A DNA stretch of 63,175 bases, filler included, from Trichosphaerium sp. ATCC 40318 (Eukaryota > Protista > Tubulinea), in assembly GCA_038496445.1 (NCBI GenBank). It is 3 parts of 3 records of this genome, joined end to end, with 100 filler letters (N's around TTAATTAATTAA, not from the genome) between each part and the next. Parts side by side here need not be neighbours in the genome. Positions count along the whole stretch, not along the records: positions 1 to 18,296 come from JALMLS010000601.1; positions 18,397 to 44,857 come from JALMLS010000345.1; 1 more part is not named here. One strand, given 5' to 3'. Shown here piece after piece: positions 12,139-25,125 of this stretch; position 1 is the first letter of the stretch, and every line of letters starts with the position of its first letter. The notes under the pieces are model-generated. The model had not been told where the DNA came from. It saw only the letters and a list, made by a program, of their open reading frames with translations, and searched no databases. Position numbers and translations under genes: made by a program.

Positions 12139-12933
12139 TTATTGTGTAATTTTTACATCAAGTTCACCAATAGGTTTACTCCAATCGAAATCTGGTGATC
12201 GAGCTTCAACTGAAGACTGTTGATTCATCAATAATCCTAATCAAAAATAAGTTTGATTTAACACGCATCATTGCATTGCATGGTTGGTTTTAATGGATTA
12301 ACTATTTTCATACCATATGTGATATCCATCTTAGTCTCTTTGGTAATTGGAAGAGGACCAATAGAATCAACTGTGAAGGCGAATAAAGCTCTTTTCAGAA
12401 AGTTAGCGTAAGTCTTAGTTTTATTGTTCAACGTGTTTGTAGGCATACCTCAGGTGAGAACGGCTCAAGAGAACAGTGTAAGTATGACCAACAGTCAATT
12501 CTGAACCGACATTGCAGTTTGCTACACCATGCTTGGTGGTATTTTGAGCAGAAATGTCAGTCAATGCAACTTTTCCCATATCACTTAACAAATTGATGTT
12601 AAAATACTTTCATAGGTGAAGAAAAAAGAGTACCAAACGCGATACATATCATCTCCTGCTAAACTGTAGGTCATTGATGCGGTTTCGGCGTTACAACCTC
12701 CATTGAACAAGATGTAAGGCTAAAAAAACAATAAACACGTGGTTTGTAAATATCTCAAGTCTCGCACGTGCCTCACGCAATTCGCGGTCAATAAAAAGAC
12801 CAGATGTGGCGTATGAGCCACCACAGCTGTATGAAGCTTCAAAACTGAACTTTGTAGGTACACGCAATGGTGGTAGCGATTGAGAAGCGACGAAAGCGAT
12901 GCACGCTAGTAGTAAGAGAAGTTGTGTTGCCAT
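12139..12933 (-). CDS. Secreted protein, possibly ependymin-related (multi-exon)
   Basis: Signal peptide MATQLLLLLACIAFVAS, then P..VPTKFSF and a beta-rich pattern with spaced Cys. Family call is by resemblance only. Confidence 0.45.
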
Positions 12934-13626
12934 TGTAGTTTGAGGATAATTACCAAGAGCACACTTAAGAACACGTCTAAATCAGGAAAGTAATTTCCCC
13001 GTGAGAAGAGTTTTTTTTTTTGTTTTTTTTTTCGATTCTTGAAATTGTTCCTGAAACTCTAAGAAACTCAAAGAATCACTGAAATCGTGAACTCTCTGAG
13101 TTGATTATAATCGGTGTCGGTTTGTTAAAGATGAGTGGGGTGATTGAGTATGGTTGGTATGGTTGTTCGTACCTGTTGTAAAATGAGAGTTACAATACAG
13201 TAAGCACTTGTATCTTTATATTGAACTTTTTAATGAAATCGCAAACATAATTTGGATTATAGCTGTTGATACAAAGCTTCTGGTGTGTATTCATAACATA
13301 CATAGACAAGAAATAGGCAAATGTTTTGAACGAAAGGTTAGCCTACGAAATTATGTTGGACGAATACAATGAGTTCTAGAAGTCGAAAAAATGATGCTAT
13401 TTCTGTCACACCACTATAGCAAACCTGAGGTGGTTATACATACGTTGTTCCGTGATACACCACGGTTTCTTATGTGAATATCTTTTTATTAAATATGTCG
13501 TTGTTTGTGTGTAGCGATAAACACCACAATGGCTGTGTTAAATTCTGTACCTGCAATTTTGAATTAAGGATAAGGATGCTCATGAAGCTAGTAAGTTCTG
13601 TTACGTTATTGAAGAAATAGCTGTGA

Positions 13627-15617
13627 TATGTTGTGTTTTCTTTTCATGCTTGCTATGGACAATAGAACAATTTTACTTAAGTCACGTGACTTTTTTAGGT
13701 GAATACTTAACAGTGAATTGTTTCTATACTTCAACTACGCCAAACAAAGATAGACCGGCGGTACTAGTTTGTTCCCATAGATGTACACATTATCTGTTTT
13801 ATTGTTTTGTTTGGAGGCTTTTACGCTTATAACATGTACGTACTCTTGAATTCAACGTAATGAAACGGTTTTTTTGAACCAAGTGAAAAATCTTTTCAAC
13901 TGTTCCTTTAAATTAATGAAAGGCAATCCTGCGGGTATGGTGGCGCACTTTTCAAGCGATGGGACCCTAGGTGAGCCAGGAAACGATGGTATACGAGTGT
14001 TCGGAGAAGACTTTAGTAGCCACGATGTTATTTCAGTAGGCGCTTGGGTGAACTTTGACAAGTACTATTTACGGCTGTTGTTCGAGCTTTTGACCTAATT
14101 TGTGTTTTCAGGGATTGTGATACGGATGGAGAAAAGCTTTACGGTATTTTCTCAACAAAACCTGCAGGAAAAAGCATTACGTATGGATTTCTTCTTTATG
14201 TTGGTCTTTACGAATCGGTCACATGTCCTCGCCGTCAACTCACATTCGAGACATTCTCCGATGACTATATAAAATACCCAAACACCTTCGATCCAAGTAT
14301 TCACCCTCAGGTGCTTGAACAGTGGGTTACGTAACATTAGAACTAAGATTTCTGAAGCTTATAATTGTACAGGTTTATGTTTACTTTTCACGTGACTTGA
14401 CAACAAAAAAGATAACGATAAAGACTGTAGCAAATAATACAGTTCTTAAAAGTGCACATACTTTAATTCCTAGTTTACAACCATCAAGAAGAGTAAATAT
14501 TTTTTGCTAATTTTTGCGATTGTTAACAAGTTCTTTAAAAGGGTTTCTTTACAATTGGCTGCTTGTCTTCGTTCGACCATAGTGTAGAATTTGGATTCTC
14601 AGTGCGTTGCAACAAGGAATGTGTTAACGTTTGAGTTCACATCTTTTAGGGTGATATTGATAACATGGGTATATGGAACAGGTAAAGCAAAGTACATTGA
14701 TCTTTTAAATTGACATCTAAAAAGGAAACTAACAGACAATGAGATCATTGAAAAGGCTTACTCCCCAAACACTAATTCCGATCAAGATTTACTATACTTC
14801 TTCGACTTTGAGGGTAGCTATGAACCAACTATAAAAGCAAAAAACGTTCTTGTTTCAACATTCGAAAACGAAGCACATATAGAACTAATAGACTAGTAAG
14901 CTTGCTTATCATTTCTTGTGTACCTTCCTGATTTTCTTTAGTATACCACCTGAAACTCCTACTCTTACGCCTACTCAAACTCCTACAAATACTCCCGAGC
15001 CGCAAACGCCCTCAAGTGTGGAATTACCTTTGAGCATAGAGATAACCAAAGTGATAGTATTCAATGGCGACTACAGCCTCAGTCCAAACCAAACCATTAC
15101 TTTCCGTCAAGGAGGGCGACTGAACATTACAGGTACCCCTACTACTATTCTTCAGTTTATAATCGCTTAGGTTGCTTCAATCCTTCTGGAACCCTTGTCT
15201 TCCATACAGATGCAACTGAAACAACAGAGCATATTTTGTTCCAATACACGTGTAAAATAGAAACAGACGGGTTTTCAAAAGTACAAGTTTTTCATAGTGA
15301 TAAGTGTATAAAAACTGAGGCTGAACAACAGTCATTTCCGACCAAGTTTTCACTTATTATCAACGTCAAAAACACGTGTTCCCACGATTGGTGGAAGTAT
15401 TTAATTGGTGGTATTGCAATATTATTTGTGTTATTGATAATAACAGTAATGGTGCTCGCTTGCTATGTACCAGTACGTTGTTTAAACAAGTGGCCTTTAA
15501 CAGTGCTGCTCGTTTTTTTCAATAACAAAGGCACTAAGAGAGGTAATATTTCCTTTCAGAGTGAGGCAGCTATTCAACAAAGAAGAGGGCCATGCGAATG
15601 TTGTTCAGGAAACCTAG
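13627..15617 (+). CDS. Type I membrane protein with LamG/pentraxin-like domain, P/T stalk and C-terminal TM
   Basis: ISVGAWVNF, IDNMGIWNRKLTDNEI, LLYFFDFEG, PTLTPTQTPT and WWKYLIGGIAILFVLLII. Start uncertain. Confidence 0.6.
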
Positions 15618-15864
15618 AAGATAGATTAGAAGATTTGACTTGTCACTGTACAAACGACAAAAACTTTGGGCAACCTTGGCGTACTCACCAACTCTATGTA
15701 CACTAATAAACTATTAAATCTTTGATTGTTCCTGTTTTAATGAACCCAAGGTGAGATTGGCCGAAATCACAGAAACTTGGGGAAACAAGTTTGTGTTGAA
15801 CTCAAGTCAACAGATTTCCAAAACAAATTGTGAAGCCTGACTTTTGCACGTGCATAATTTTAAA

Positions 15865-16448
15865 ATGGAAACGGCAAAAAAGGTACAGTAGACAGATACC
15901 CGTTTAATATATTTTAAGCTAAGATGTAGTTAAAAACGACAAATTGCTCTCTACTAGACCTTCCAATAGAACTACAACTTGATATCATTGATTCAGACCT
16001 CGAAGTATATTGTAAATGGCCTATATTGTGTTGTAATACAGCAATAACAACAAGGTTTGATCCTGACTTGAACAAACATGGAAAGTGGCAACGTATAAGA
16101 CATAAAAGCAAATCACTTGTTGTATCTCAACAAATACATTGGAATCATGGCCAACAACATGGTGAGTATAAGTCTTGGCATGGTAACGGAATGTTGCGGG
16201 TACAGTGCATGTATGTAAACGGTAAACAAGAAGGAGAGCTAAAGACATGGTATGACAATGGACAATTGTGGAGCACTTGTTTTTATATAAATGGTAAGAC
16301 CGAAGGGGAGAGTAAAGAATGGCATAGAAATGGTCAACTATCTCTTCAATGTAATTATGTCAATGACAAAAGAGATGGAGAGTACAAGAGTTGGTTAAAT
16401 AATGGTCAATTATGTAGGCACTGTTACTTTACGGATGGCAAACCATGA
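15865..16448 (+). CDS. MORN-variant (YwqK-like) repeat protein with F-box-like N-terminus
   Basis: METAKK|LKTTNCSLLDLPIELQLDII followed by about four 24-aa repeats G.YKSW..NGQL..QC.YVNGK. Confidence 0.8.
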
Positions 16449-16800
16449 TGAAGTTTTTCATCAGTGTATTAAACACATTTTTGTTCGTGGGGTTAAAGTA
16501 GGAAGTGACCTGATTCCCGTTGATTGTAACGCCATTAATAAACGAGAATGTATGCATCAACGCCAAGGCTATGGGTGCATCCAATAGCAATGCAGGTGAT
16601 GTTAATGACCTTATTTATCTTGATTCTATTTTCGGGTATTTCTCGATTGACGCTATGCGATCACCTAGTTTTTATACTAGTCGTGCAACAGTTGAAACTA
16701 TTGCACGTGAATTTTCAACAATGTCAAGTGGGGACTACATAGTCGCCAGAAGTCGCGCAAAACAAGGTTCCACCGATTTTGTAACCAAGCGAACTCTACT

Positions 16801-18296
16801 ATGGCTGCGTTGAAGGAAGTGCACTCAAAAAAGCCAATCGAAGGCTTATTAGTCGTAAACAACTCAAATAACCAAAACGTAGTTATTTACGTGTTATTAG
16901 CAAATTCCGAGCTTCCATACGTTACCCTCTGACGTTATAACCGAGATTATCTCTTGGCTAAGAACCTGCGACGTATTCACACTTAGAACAGTTTCAAAGC
17001 AATATTACAACGAAATAAACGAAAAATCATTCGTAAAGGTACGTGAATAAACCAAAAACCGTTGCACAAGACAGATGTGTTGCGAAGAAAAGTCAAGTTG
17101 CCTTGTGACAAAAGAAGCCGTCATTGTCGGCCAAGATTCACAAATAATGTAGCAGCGTCTTGATGCTATAAGGCCATTCTCTTCTGTACTGTTTGGCTTT
17201 GTAGTTCGGATTCATTCTTTTTGAAATGAATGACATTGTATTCTGTTTCACTTACAGTTCACGTTCAGGATATCTTACCAATTGTGGTAGGCAACTATGA
17301 GGTATTGGAGTATTTTTTTGAGACACTGGTTACTGTACGTTTTTTTAATATTGCTGTACAGTCACGTGACTGGTTTTTTTATTATCATTGTTGACTATTT
17401 ATGTTTTAGAAAGATGGATCCGAAGAGTGTTTCGATGCAATGTTCTATTATATTTATGAGAACATACTTAACATTACTCATCCACATGCAAGAACATATG
17501 CCATAAACTTGCTTAGGCGATTTCCTGATGCATTCGAGAGCAAAGAAGTAAATGACTTGGTTGCTGCTGTATGATCACACTTTTAGTTCTTTTTAGTTAT
17601 TGAACCAATACAAGGTTGAAAAAAGTGTATTGGAAGCACTGAAGAGCACAGATCCAAACATAAGACGAGGTGCCTTGTGCGTGTAAGAAAAACTACTTGT
17701 ACACTTACTGTTTGTTACAACCTAGGCAAGTGTTCAAGATACAAGTAATGGCCTACTGGATAAGCGATGAATCCAGAACTGCAGTACTTGGTTGTTTAGA
17801 TGTTAAAGATGATATTATTCCTGCAGCTAGAGCTATTTGCAGAATACCAATCAGTTTTCAGCCTGGGACTTGGGTATTGATAATACAATGGAATCACATT
17901 AATTATCCTTTTAGGGTAATGATAATGGTGTAGAGTTGCTAGACAAGCTTGAAAATATTGTCCATGTGGAGCATTTGGGCTACAGGTAGTCTATTTCTTT
18001 GGTTAGATAATTGTTGATATCCATTCCTAGGGATACAGCACACTTGTTTAACACTTTTGGAAGGGAAGATAGTATTGTTTATAAGCCACAAGGAATTGAG
18101 GTTCTACAAGCTATCCAATCTGTTCTACTGGAAGCGCCAATACATGTTATACGTAGAAACCGACTACTATATGAAATGGTGGACGCTGTACGGTGTATTG
18201 GGTTATACACAGAAACAAGTCAGCCTGGGATTTCAACACAGTGTCTGCTGTTTAAGTTTTCCACATGTCTTCTCTCTACAGTTGGGAGCGTCATTA
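16801..18296 (+). CDS. F-box protein, multi-exon, probably truncated at contig end
   Basis: MAALKE...|QIPSFHTLPSDVITEIISWLRTCDVFTLRTVSKQY followed by several GT-AG-bounded exons. Confidence 0.65.
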
Positions 18297-18396
18297 NNNN
18301 NNNNNNNNNNNNNNNNNNNNNNNNNNNNNNNNNNNNNNNNTTAATTAATTAANNNNNNNNNNNNNNNNNNNNNNNNNNNNNNNNNNNNNNNNNNNN
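18297..18396. other. Artificial contig spacer (N44-TTAATTAATTAA-N44)
   Basis: Six-frame stop linker embedded in Ns. Confidence 0.98.
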
Positions 18397-18511
18397 GCTT
18401 TAGTGAAGATTAGCGTTACTTAGTAAAAGTTCAAAGAAAACAGAAGTGCTTCTTCTTGTGACACATATTTTCAAATAAAATTGACATAAAAAATTACAAC
18501 ATAAACCATAA

Positions 18512-21500
18512 ATGTATGGTCTTGTTTCAAAATCGGGTGAAAAGAGTCATCTGTTGAGTGTGGATGTTGATGGTATTTTTACAGGCACGTTTGGTTCTTT
18601 AAAAACGCTAGTAGTTTACTGTATGATGTAGATGCTGTTGGTACCATCGCTGTAACGCAAGTTTATCAAAATAAGGGCTCTAACCCAATAGAATGTGTCT
18701 ACTCCTTCCCTAAGCATGCGGCTATGCCAATAACTGGCTTTTCAGTAACAATTGGAGACAAGATAATAAAAGGTAACTTAATACAAACGTTTTTCTTTTT
18801 CTTTTCATAAAAAACTGTTAACTTTTTTTGAACAGGAAATATTTCTTCTAAAGAGGAAGGAAAGATTGAGTATGATATTGCTGTTGCAAAAGGTAAAGGT
18901 GGTTACTTACTAGAACAAGTTTCAGAGGACATTGTTAAAATGTCAGTTGGTACGGAACTGGTGACTAGTCTTAAGAAAGTTTTTGTAAAATAACTTTTTT
19001 CTGAAAAAATAGGCAATCTCAATCCTGGAGAAAAAGCGTCTGTCAAAATATCTCTTTTATGTACAGCATCTTATGAACTTGGTAACACAATGCGAATTGG
19101 GGTTCCATTAACTTTTGGTCCTCGATACGGAAAGCGTAAGTGACAAAATGATTGAAATTGTGAGGAGCTCAAAATTTATTATTTGTTACAGCTGCTGACA
19201 ACATTGGAACTGTGACTTATACTGACTCTTCCAGTATGATTACAACGCTAAATTTAAGGTCACTATGCCTTGTGGCATCAAAGATGTCACATCACCATCA
19301 CACGAGGTCAAGGGTACCCTAATCATAAAGTACAAAATAGTCATGGGTTTTTTTTTAGCTGTGCTTGACGCAAAAGATACTATTGCAAATATTTCACTAA
19401 GTCCGAGTGATGGTAACAATTGGGCAGATATTATCATCCTTGTAGAAATGAATGATTCAAATGAACCTACTATTATTTGCGAGACAACACCAGATAAACA
19501 CAGAGCAGTATGTATATCGCAAATGAAGTTGTTGTTGACACACTCCATCCAGGTTTATGTTTCTTGTAAACCCAACTTCAAGACACCTAAAGATCTTGGC
19601 TTGTCACATGAGTTCATATTCCTTCTTGATAGAAGTGGTAGCATGGCAGGACATCGGTATACTTTTAAATTTACATATTTAATGAACTGACTGAGGTTGT
19701 AGAATGAGGATGGCAAAAGAAGCACTTCAAATTTTTCTTAGAAGCTTGCCTACAGATTGTTCTTTTAACATCGTTGGTTTTGGGACTTCCCATAACACGC
19801 TCTTTGAAGAAAGCAGAGAATATAATGATGAATCTCTTCAAGAAGCTTCTAATCACGTCAAGTCACTTAAAGCCAACTTTGGTACACAAGTCGCACTTGG
19901 ATTTTTTTCTCAATTTTTGTAAACAGGCGGAACGGAGATACTTGCTCCTTTGAAGGCTATAATGACAAAACATCCTAAGACTGGTCATGAAAGGGTTATC
20001 TTCCTTCTTACTGATGGAGAGGTACATAATACAAAGTCTGTTTGCGACTTTGTATTACAACACGTGGCGCACACTCGAGTTTTCACAAGCACGTTGCCTT
20101 TTAGTGAGAAGATCAACTTTAACAAAAGCAATAGTCGGTGTTGGGAAAAGTGCTTCTACTGCTCTTGTGGATGGTGTAGCCAAGTCAGGTAATGGAATGC
20201 CTACTTACGTAAGCAATACGAAGAATATGAGCACCAAGATAATTCGCCAGGTAACTACAATACATAGAACGAAATGCGAAACCAAAATAGTAACTTGAAA
20301 ACATAGCTCAAAAGCGCGTGCACGTGTTTAACGGCCGTGTGGAAAAACCTCAAAGTCAACAGCTACCCCAACGAAGATATATCAATACCATATAGTCCAG
20401 GGGATACTATATCTGTACTAGGATTAGTAGAAAGCGACGAAGACTTAGAGTACAAATAACTTTATTAGATTTATTTAACTAGTGTTTAGGCATGCATCTT
20501 TGGAGCTTTGTACAACTTCACTCCCAGCCCAAACGTATGAAATAAGCCTCAAAAATGCATTACATACAAATGGGATGCACGTACATCAACGGAGTGTTCA
20601 TGTTATGTTGCCTTTCAGAGAAAAAAGCGAAATAGTTGATAACAGTTTGAAATACCAGATACTAACAAAATACACTTGCTTTGTGGCAGTTGGTCAAGAG
20701 AAGAAAACTGTCAATGGTCAAACTACACAAGTTGATATCCCTCTACCACTTCTATCCGCCCGTCCACAACAAAGAGCATCTAACTCCGCAGGAGTGTCTG
20801 TTTCTCGTGGCGGTAATCGCTTCCATGAAAGCAGTGTGGTAAATAGGAAGTTAGTTACCTTTATTTACTAATCAATTATTTCTAGTGTACCATTGGCGCA
20901 TCTTTCCATTATAGTACTGTTAAGCTTGGAGATGGGAAAACTATGAAATCTCAGTTTTGGGTAAGGAGGTGGAGCAACCACTAAGCACTATTTTCTAAAT
21001 TTTTTTGTACTAGGATACAGCAGGCCAGGAGCGATATAACTCACTAGCTCCAATGTATTATCGAGGAACAACGCTTGCAGTAATATGTTACGATGTTACA
21101 GATGAGGATTCGTTTATCAGAGTAGATCATTGGCTATCTGAAGTAACACGTGGTTCAAATTCTGCTGTAATCCTTGTTGGAAACAAAGTACGTATTTCTG
21201 ACGTGACAACAAACAATAAAAGGATTAAAATGACAATATAGGTTGACTTGAAGGATGATCGTGAAGTCAGTTATACACGTGCTTTGAACTATGCCAATAA
21301 AAACGATGTTTCCTTTTTTGAAGTTTCAGCGAAAACAATGGAAGGATTAGATCAGCTAGTGTCAATCATGTACCAAGGTACTAACATCACCGTACTTTCG
21401 GCTTTACCCCTCCTTTATATCTATGCTTACTTATGTGTCCATACAGAGGCATACCTTGCTATTGATTCACCCAACAAGGATATCAAAAGTACGTCATTCT

Positions 21501-22252
21501 TTTTTTGGAATTGTGATGAGCGTTTTTTTTTCAGTTGTTTATTTTTTTTGTAGTTGTATTAGTTGGAGAGCAAGGTGTCGGTAAAACCACTATTGAGCAG
21601 CAAATCTCTAGTTATCGTGTCGATTTGACAGAATTTTGTAAGAAAAATCCTAAGCGGAGTCAACCAACAAACAAGCAACAGCCAATCACAGAAAACAATC
21701 AAGAAAATAGCGGGTTTTTTGGATATATTGCATCCGCTTTTGGCTCTTTTTTTGGAGCAAGTCAATCAGTAGAGCAACCAAACACAGCCTCAGAGCCAAA
21801 AAAACAACTTAAAAGATCATATAAAACCCCAACACGTCAACATACACAACAATCTGCAAGTACAGATACAAAAAAAATAAACAAGAAAGAAGTAATTAAT
21901 GTGATGGACTTGATCATGTTACAAAAGGCAGATGGTACTTGGGATTTAACAGATACATTTGCTAAATGTATGTTGACTACCAAAGAAGCATTATTCAAAG
22001 CAATACCGCCTGAGGTACAAATAACAATTACATTATATTTTCTCCAAACTTTTTTCTCAATGTACTTTTTAGATGTCATCAAAAGAAAGGCTTTGGGCAA
22101 CATTGCTTGCTATCACATACCTCGAATCTATTGAGACTGAAAAAGAAGCTAGACAGTTAGTTATATCAAAGGCAAAGGTTCATATATCATTATATAGTAA
22201 TTGTAGTATGCACGCTAGAACCTTTCTGAATTTATGACAGGCAAAACACTAG
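18512..22252 (+). CDS. VIT-vWA (VWA5A/PARP4-type) protein with an inserted circularly permuted Rab-like GTPase domain
   Basis: VIT (TQVYQNKGSNPIECVYSFP; VGNLNPGE), vWA MIDAS (FLLDRSGSM, FNIVGFG, GGTEI, LLTDGEV, RVFTIGVG), LTKYTCFVAV, Rab motifs, then the VWA5 tail (LIMLQKADGTW; WATLLAITYL). 3' end uncertain by about 100 nt. Confidence 0.9.
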
Positions 22253-22629
22253 CTTTAAAATTTCCTGAAATAAACCTCAATGGCGTTTCCATTTACTTGC
22301 GTATCACCTTCTACCATTGCAGTGCCTTCAATACCAAGTCTTGAAAGGGCACGTTGCGTTTATTAGACCCACATTTAAAAGTTGCTGCAGCCTTGATAAA
22401 CCCAATTAAAACTTGACAGTAAATACAAAAATCGAACAATTTTTTTTTAATACTTTTTCGACATCGTCAACGTACTGGTTGAGTGAAAGTAATGACTATA
22501 TTACACGTACTAAATGCCTATATAGTAACTGAAGTACCATTTACCTTAATAGTACGGCCTCCAGCAAGTACCATAAGAAAAAAGAAATACGAAATTGCAA
22601 AATAACTGTAGCTTCATTTGTATTCCTTC

Positions 22630-23822
22630 TTACATCCATTTGAGTTCAACTACCAGCAATTTATGATCTGTAACCTTCTCTGCATCTATTTGAGTACATG
22701 TACTATTATCCCAGTCAATTCTCTTTGCTATATCTTGACTTATCCAAATGTAATCAATGCGTGTACTATATCTGCATGTTTTAGCATCAATATCCTTCTT
22801 TTCAGGATTAAGACATTTCCAGCAATCCACAAACCCTCTTCCTTTCATAAACTGTGTAACATCTGTTCTTGGAGGCTCCCAACCTTAATTAAACATCAGA
22901 AAACAAATACAAAAGAGGAACAAAGTAGTACAGGTAAAAAAAACTAAAAAAATGATTAAATAATGACCACAAAGCCATATACTCACCAGACATATTTCTT
23001 CTATCTACAATAGTATCTTCCCAAAACCTTCAAACAAAGAGAGATAATTGTAAGTTCTCTCAAAGATGCTTATTATTTAAACAGTTTCAAGCACAGAAAA
23101 AATGACTCAAATGTTTTTGGACAGAGTTGTCACGTGATTGTCACATGTCATCAAAAAAAAAAGTCAGCGTACTCATCTGTGTAATCTTCTCTTGTCAGGG
23201 CATTAAAATCTCCAAGTATTATAGCTGGACCTTTGACCATATCCAAGATTTTTTTGATTTGAATCAATCGAACATTTTCGTCTTTGTGACATAAATGTGT
23301 CACAACAATGTCTCCAATTTCATGTTTAATTATCGTAGCATTACGCGTTTCCTTCCCAGGGACCTTTTGCGAGGAGTATCAACAAAGATAAGACGAATTT
23401 CAGTTAAAAAACAAAGGAACAGCCTTGTGGTTCTTGTAATAAACGTACCTCTAGTTTAATGCTTTCCCACGCACTCACGATATCTCCTTTGATTATAAAA
23501 GCGTTTCCAAGCGTAGGAGAGTCTCCTGGTCCAAAATATGGCTTATAGGCTTGGCCCAACGCCGCAGCTATGCTCGGTCAATACAATATAGATGTAGTAG
23601 TAGTTACAGAAGCTTTCTGGCGTTGGCATGTAAGTTTGTCGCGGATTCTTTACAACCTACGCTAAATAAGTTAATATATCTCTCAGTTAAATCACTGACC
23701 TCTTGTAAACCTATAATGTCGATATTTAACGGTTTTAGCTTTGCGACAAGTCCTTTCTCATTAATCTTCCATTCATCATCGCTCCACGCGTGTACGTTCC
23801 ACGAGGCAATACTTAACGTCAT
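22630..23822 (-). CDS. Endonuclease/exonuclease/phosphatase (EEP) family protein
   Basis: IASWNVH, DIIGLQEV, VTHL, ILGDFNAL, RIDYIW and TDH motifs across exons. Confidence 0.9.
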
Positions 23823-23910
23823 TTCACTTGCTAAAAAGCGTTATTACCACTTCTGACTTGACCGACAACGAGGAGAAAAGGAACATCAAGCAGTAAACAA
23901 TCCCTCCAAT

Positions 23911-24996
23911 GAGGGATAACCCGCAAAAATTTTTGGCTGGCTATCTCTATGTGGATAAGTTGCACATTTTTTTGTTCACTTATCTCTATCATAAAATGCT
24001 TTCTTACTACTCAGCTCGTGACCACGTGCACAAAAAACTTTCCCGAACAACGTTTTGGGCAATGCAGGCATATGTTGAAAAGCATGAGCCTATTTTGTGG
24101 GCTCTTGAGAGATCACATGGTTTTTTAGCCAAAATGTTGGTCTTTACACTTTACCTTGATCTGGTTGGTATTGGCATGTCTCACTTACACCAAAAAACAA
24201 AAAATTGGATCAAAATAGGCAACAATTCTGTACAACACAACGTGTACAAAATTAGAGAAGTTCTTTATGCCTGGGCAAATACAGTGCTTGTGGTGGGTAC
24301 AGCCAGCAACTGGACAGCGGCAGCAAGGAACATTAAGAAACCGGAACTACTTAAAGCTGTTAATTTATGGATGGATTCTTCAGACTTTAGGCTAACAGGC
24401 AAACACACCACATCTAGAAAGAGTGACCTATGGTCATACAAACTGAATGCTCCTGGAAGACGATACATGGCCATAATGGATGGAAAAGGCCATTTTCGAA
24501 AGATCTATGGTGGGTACTCTCCAAAGGTGTATGACAGCACATTCCTTGAGGTAATGCGAGAGCCCTTTACTAGGACCTTTGAAGGTGCAACAATCATTGC
24601 TGACAACCACTTCAGAAAGGCACAGCAATACTTTAAAACTTTAACAATACATGCTAATTTAAAAGAACCACGGAATAGCACCAAGACAAAAACTGGGAGA
24701 AGTATCAAAGTACTCACTAAGGAACAGCACAAGTACAATGCAGCTATCAGAACTCTCCATGCACAAGTGGAGTGCCCATTTGGCCAGATAAAGAATAAAT
24801 TCAAAAAATTATCAAAAGTGTGGTCATCCAAATGGACTACCTGTCTTTCTTGCAGCAGCTGTACACAACCTCACACGTTAAATAAAAGTTGGTTTTAGTC
24901 CAAAAGAGTTTTTTGTTGAGTCATGTGACAGGTACAAATAAAGTGGTAAAAAAAGCATAGAGATAGCCAGCCGAAAAATTATGCGGGTTATCCCTC
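23911..24996 (+). mobile_element. Compact PIF/Harbinger-IS5-like DNA transposon (1086 bp)
   Basis: 41-bp TIRs (gagggataacccgc...ctatctctatg, 2 mismatches); 3-bp TSD AAT at 23908-23910 and 24997-24999; single transposase ORF. Confidence 0.92.
23996..24898 (+). CDS. DDE_Tnp_4-type transposase, probably frameshifted near the C-terminus
   Basis: WMDSSDF, WSYKLNAPG, YSPKVYDS, IIADNHF, YN...VECPFGQIKNKF. The terminal LAAAVHN motif lies in a different frame. Confidence 0.85.
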   Translation: MLSYYSARDHVHKKLSRTTFWAMQAYVEKHEPILWALERSHGFLAKMLVFTLYLDLVGIGMSHLHQKTKNWIKIGNNSVQHNVYKIREVLYAWANTVLVVGTASNWTAAARNIKKPELLKAVNLWMDSSDFRLTGKHTTSRKSDLWSYKLNAPGRRYMAIMDGKGHFRKIYGGYSPKVYDSTFLEVMREPFTRTFEGATIIADNHFRKAQQYFKTLTIHANLKEPRNSTKTKTGRSIKVLTKEQHKYNAAIRTLHAQVECPFGQIKNKFKKLSKVWSSKWTTCLSCSSCTQPHTLNKSWF

Positions 24997-25125
24997 AATA
25001 GACGCAACAGCGGTGTAAATTACAACCACAACACACAAAAAATAAGGGTTGCAAAGAAGACAACAAGAAAGCCCTCTAAAAGGCAAAGCGCGATCAAAAA
25101 ATTGGAAGTTATAGTACACGTTTAT

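Noticed and set aside
18297-18396. TTAATTAATTAA palindrome within Ns (also 44858-44957)
   Set aside because: Artificial concatenation linker.
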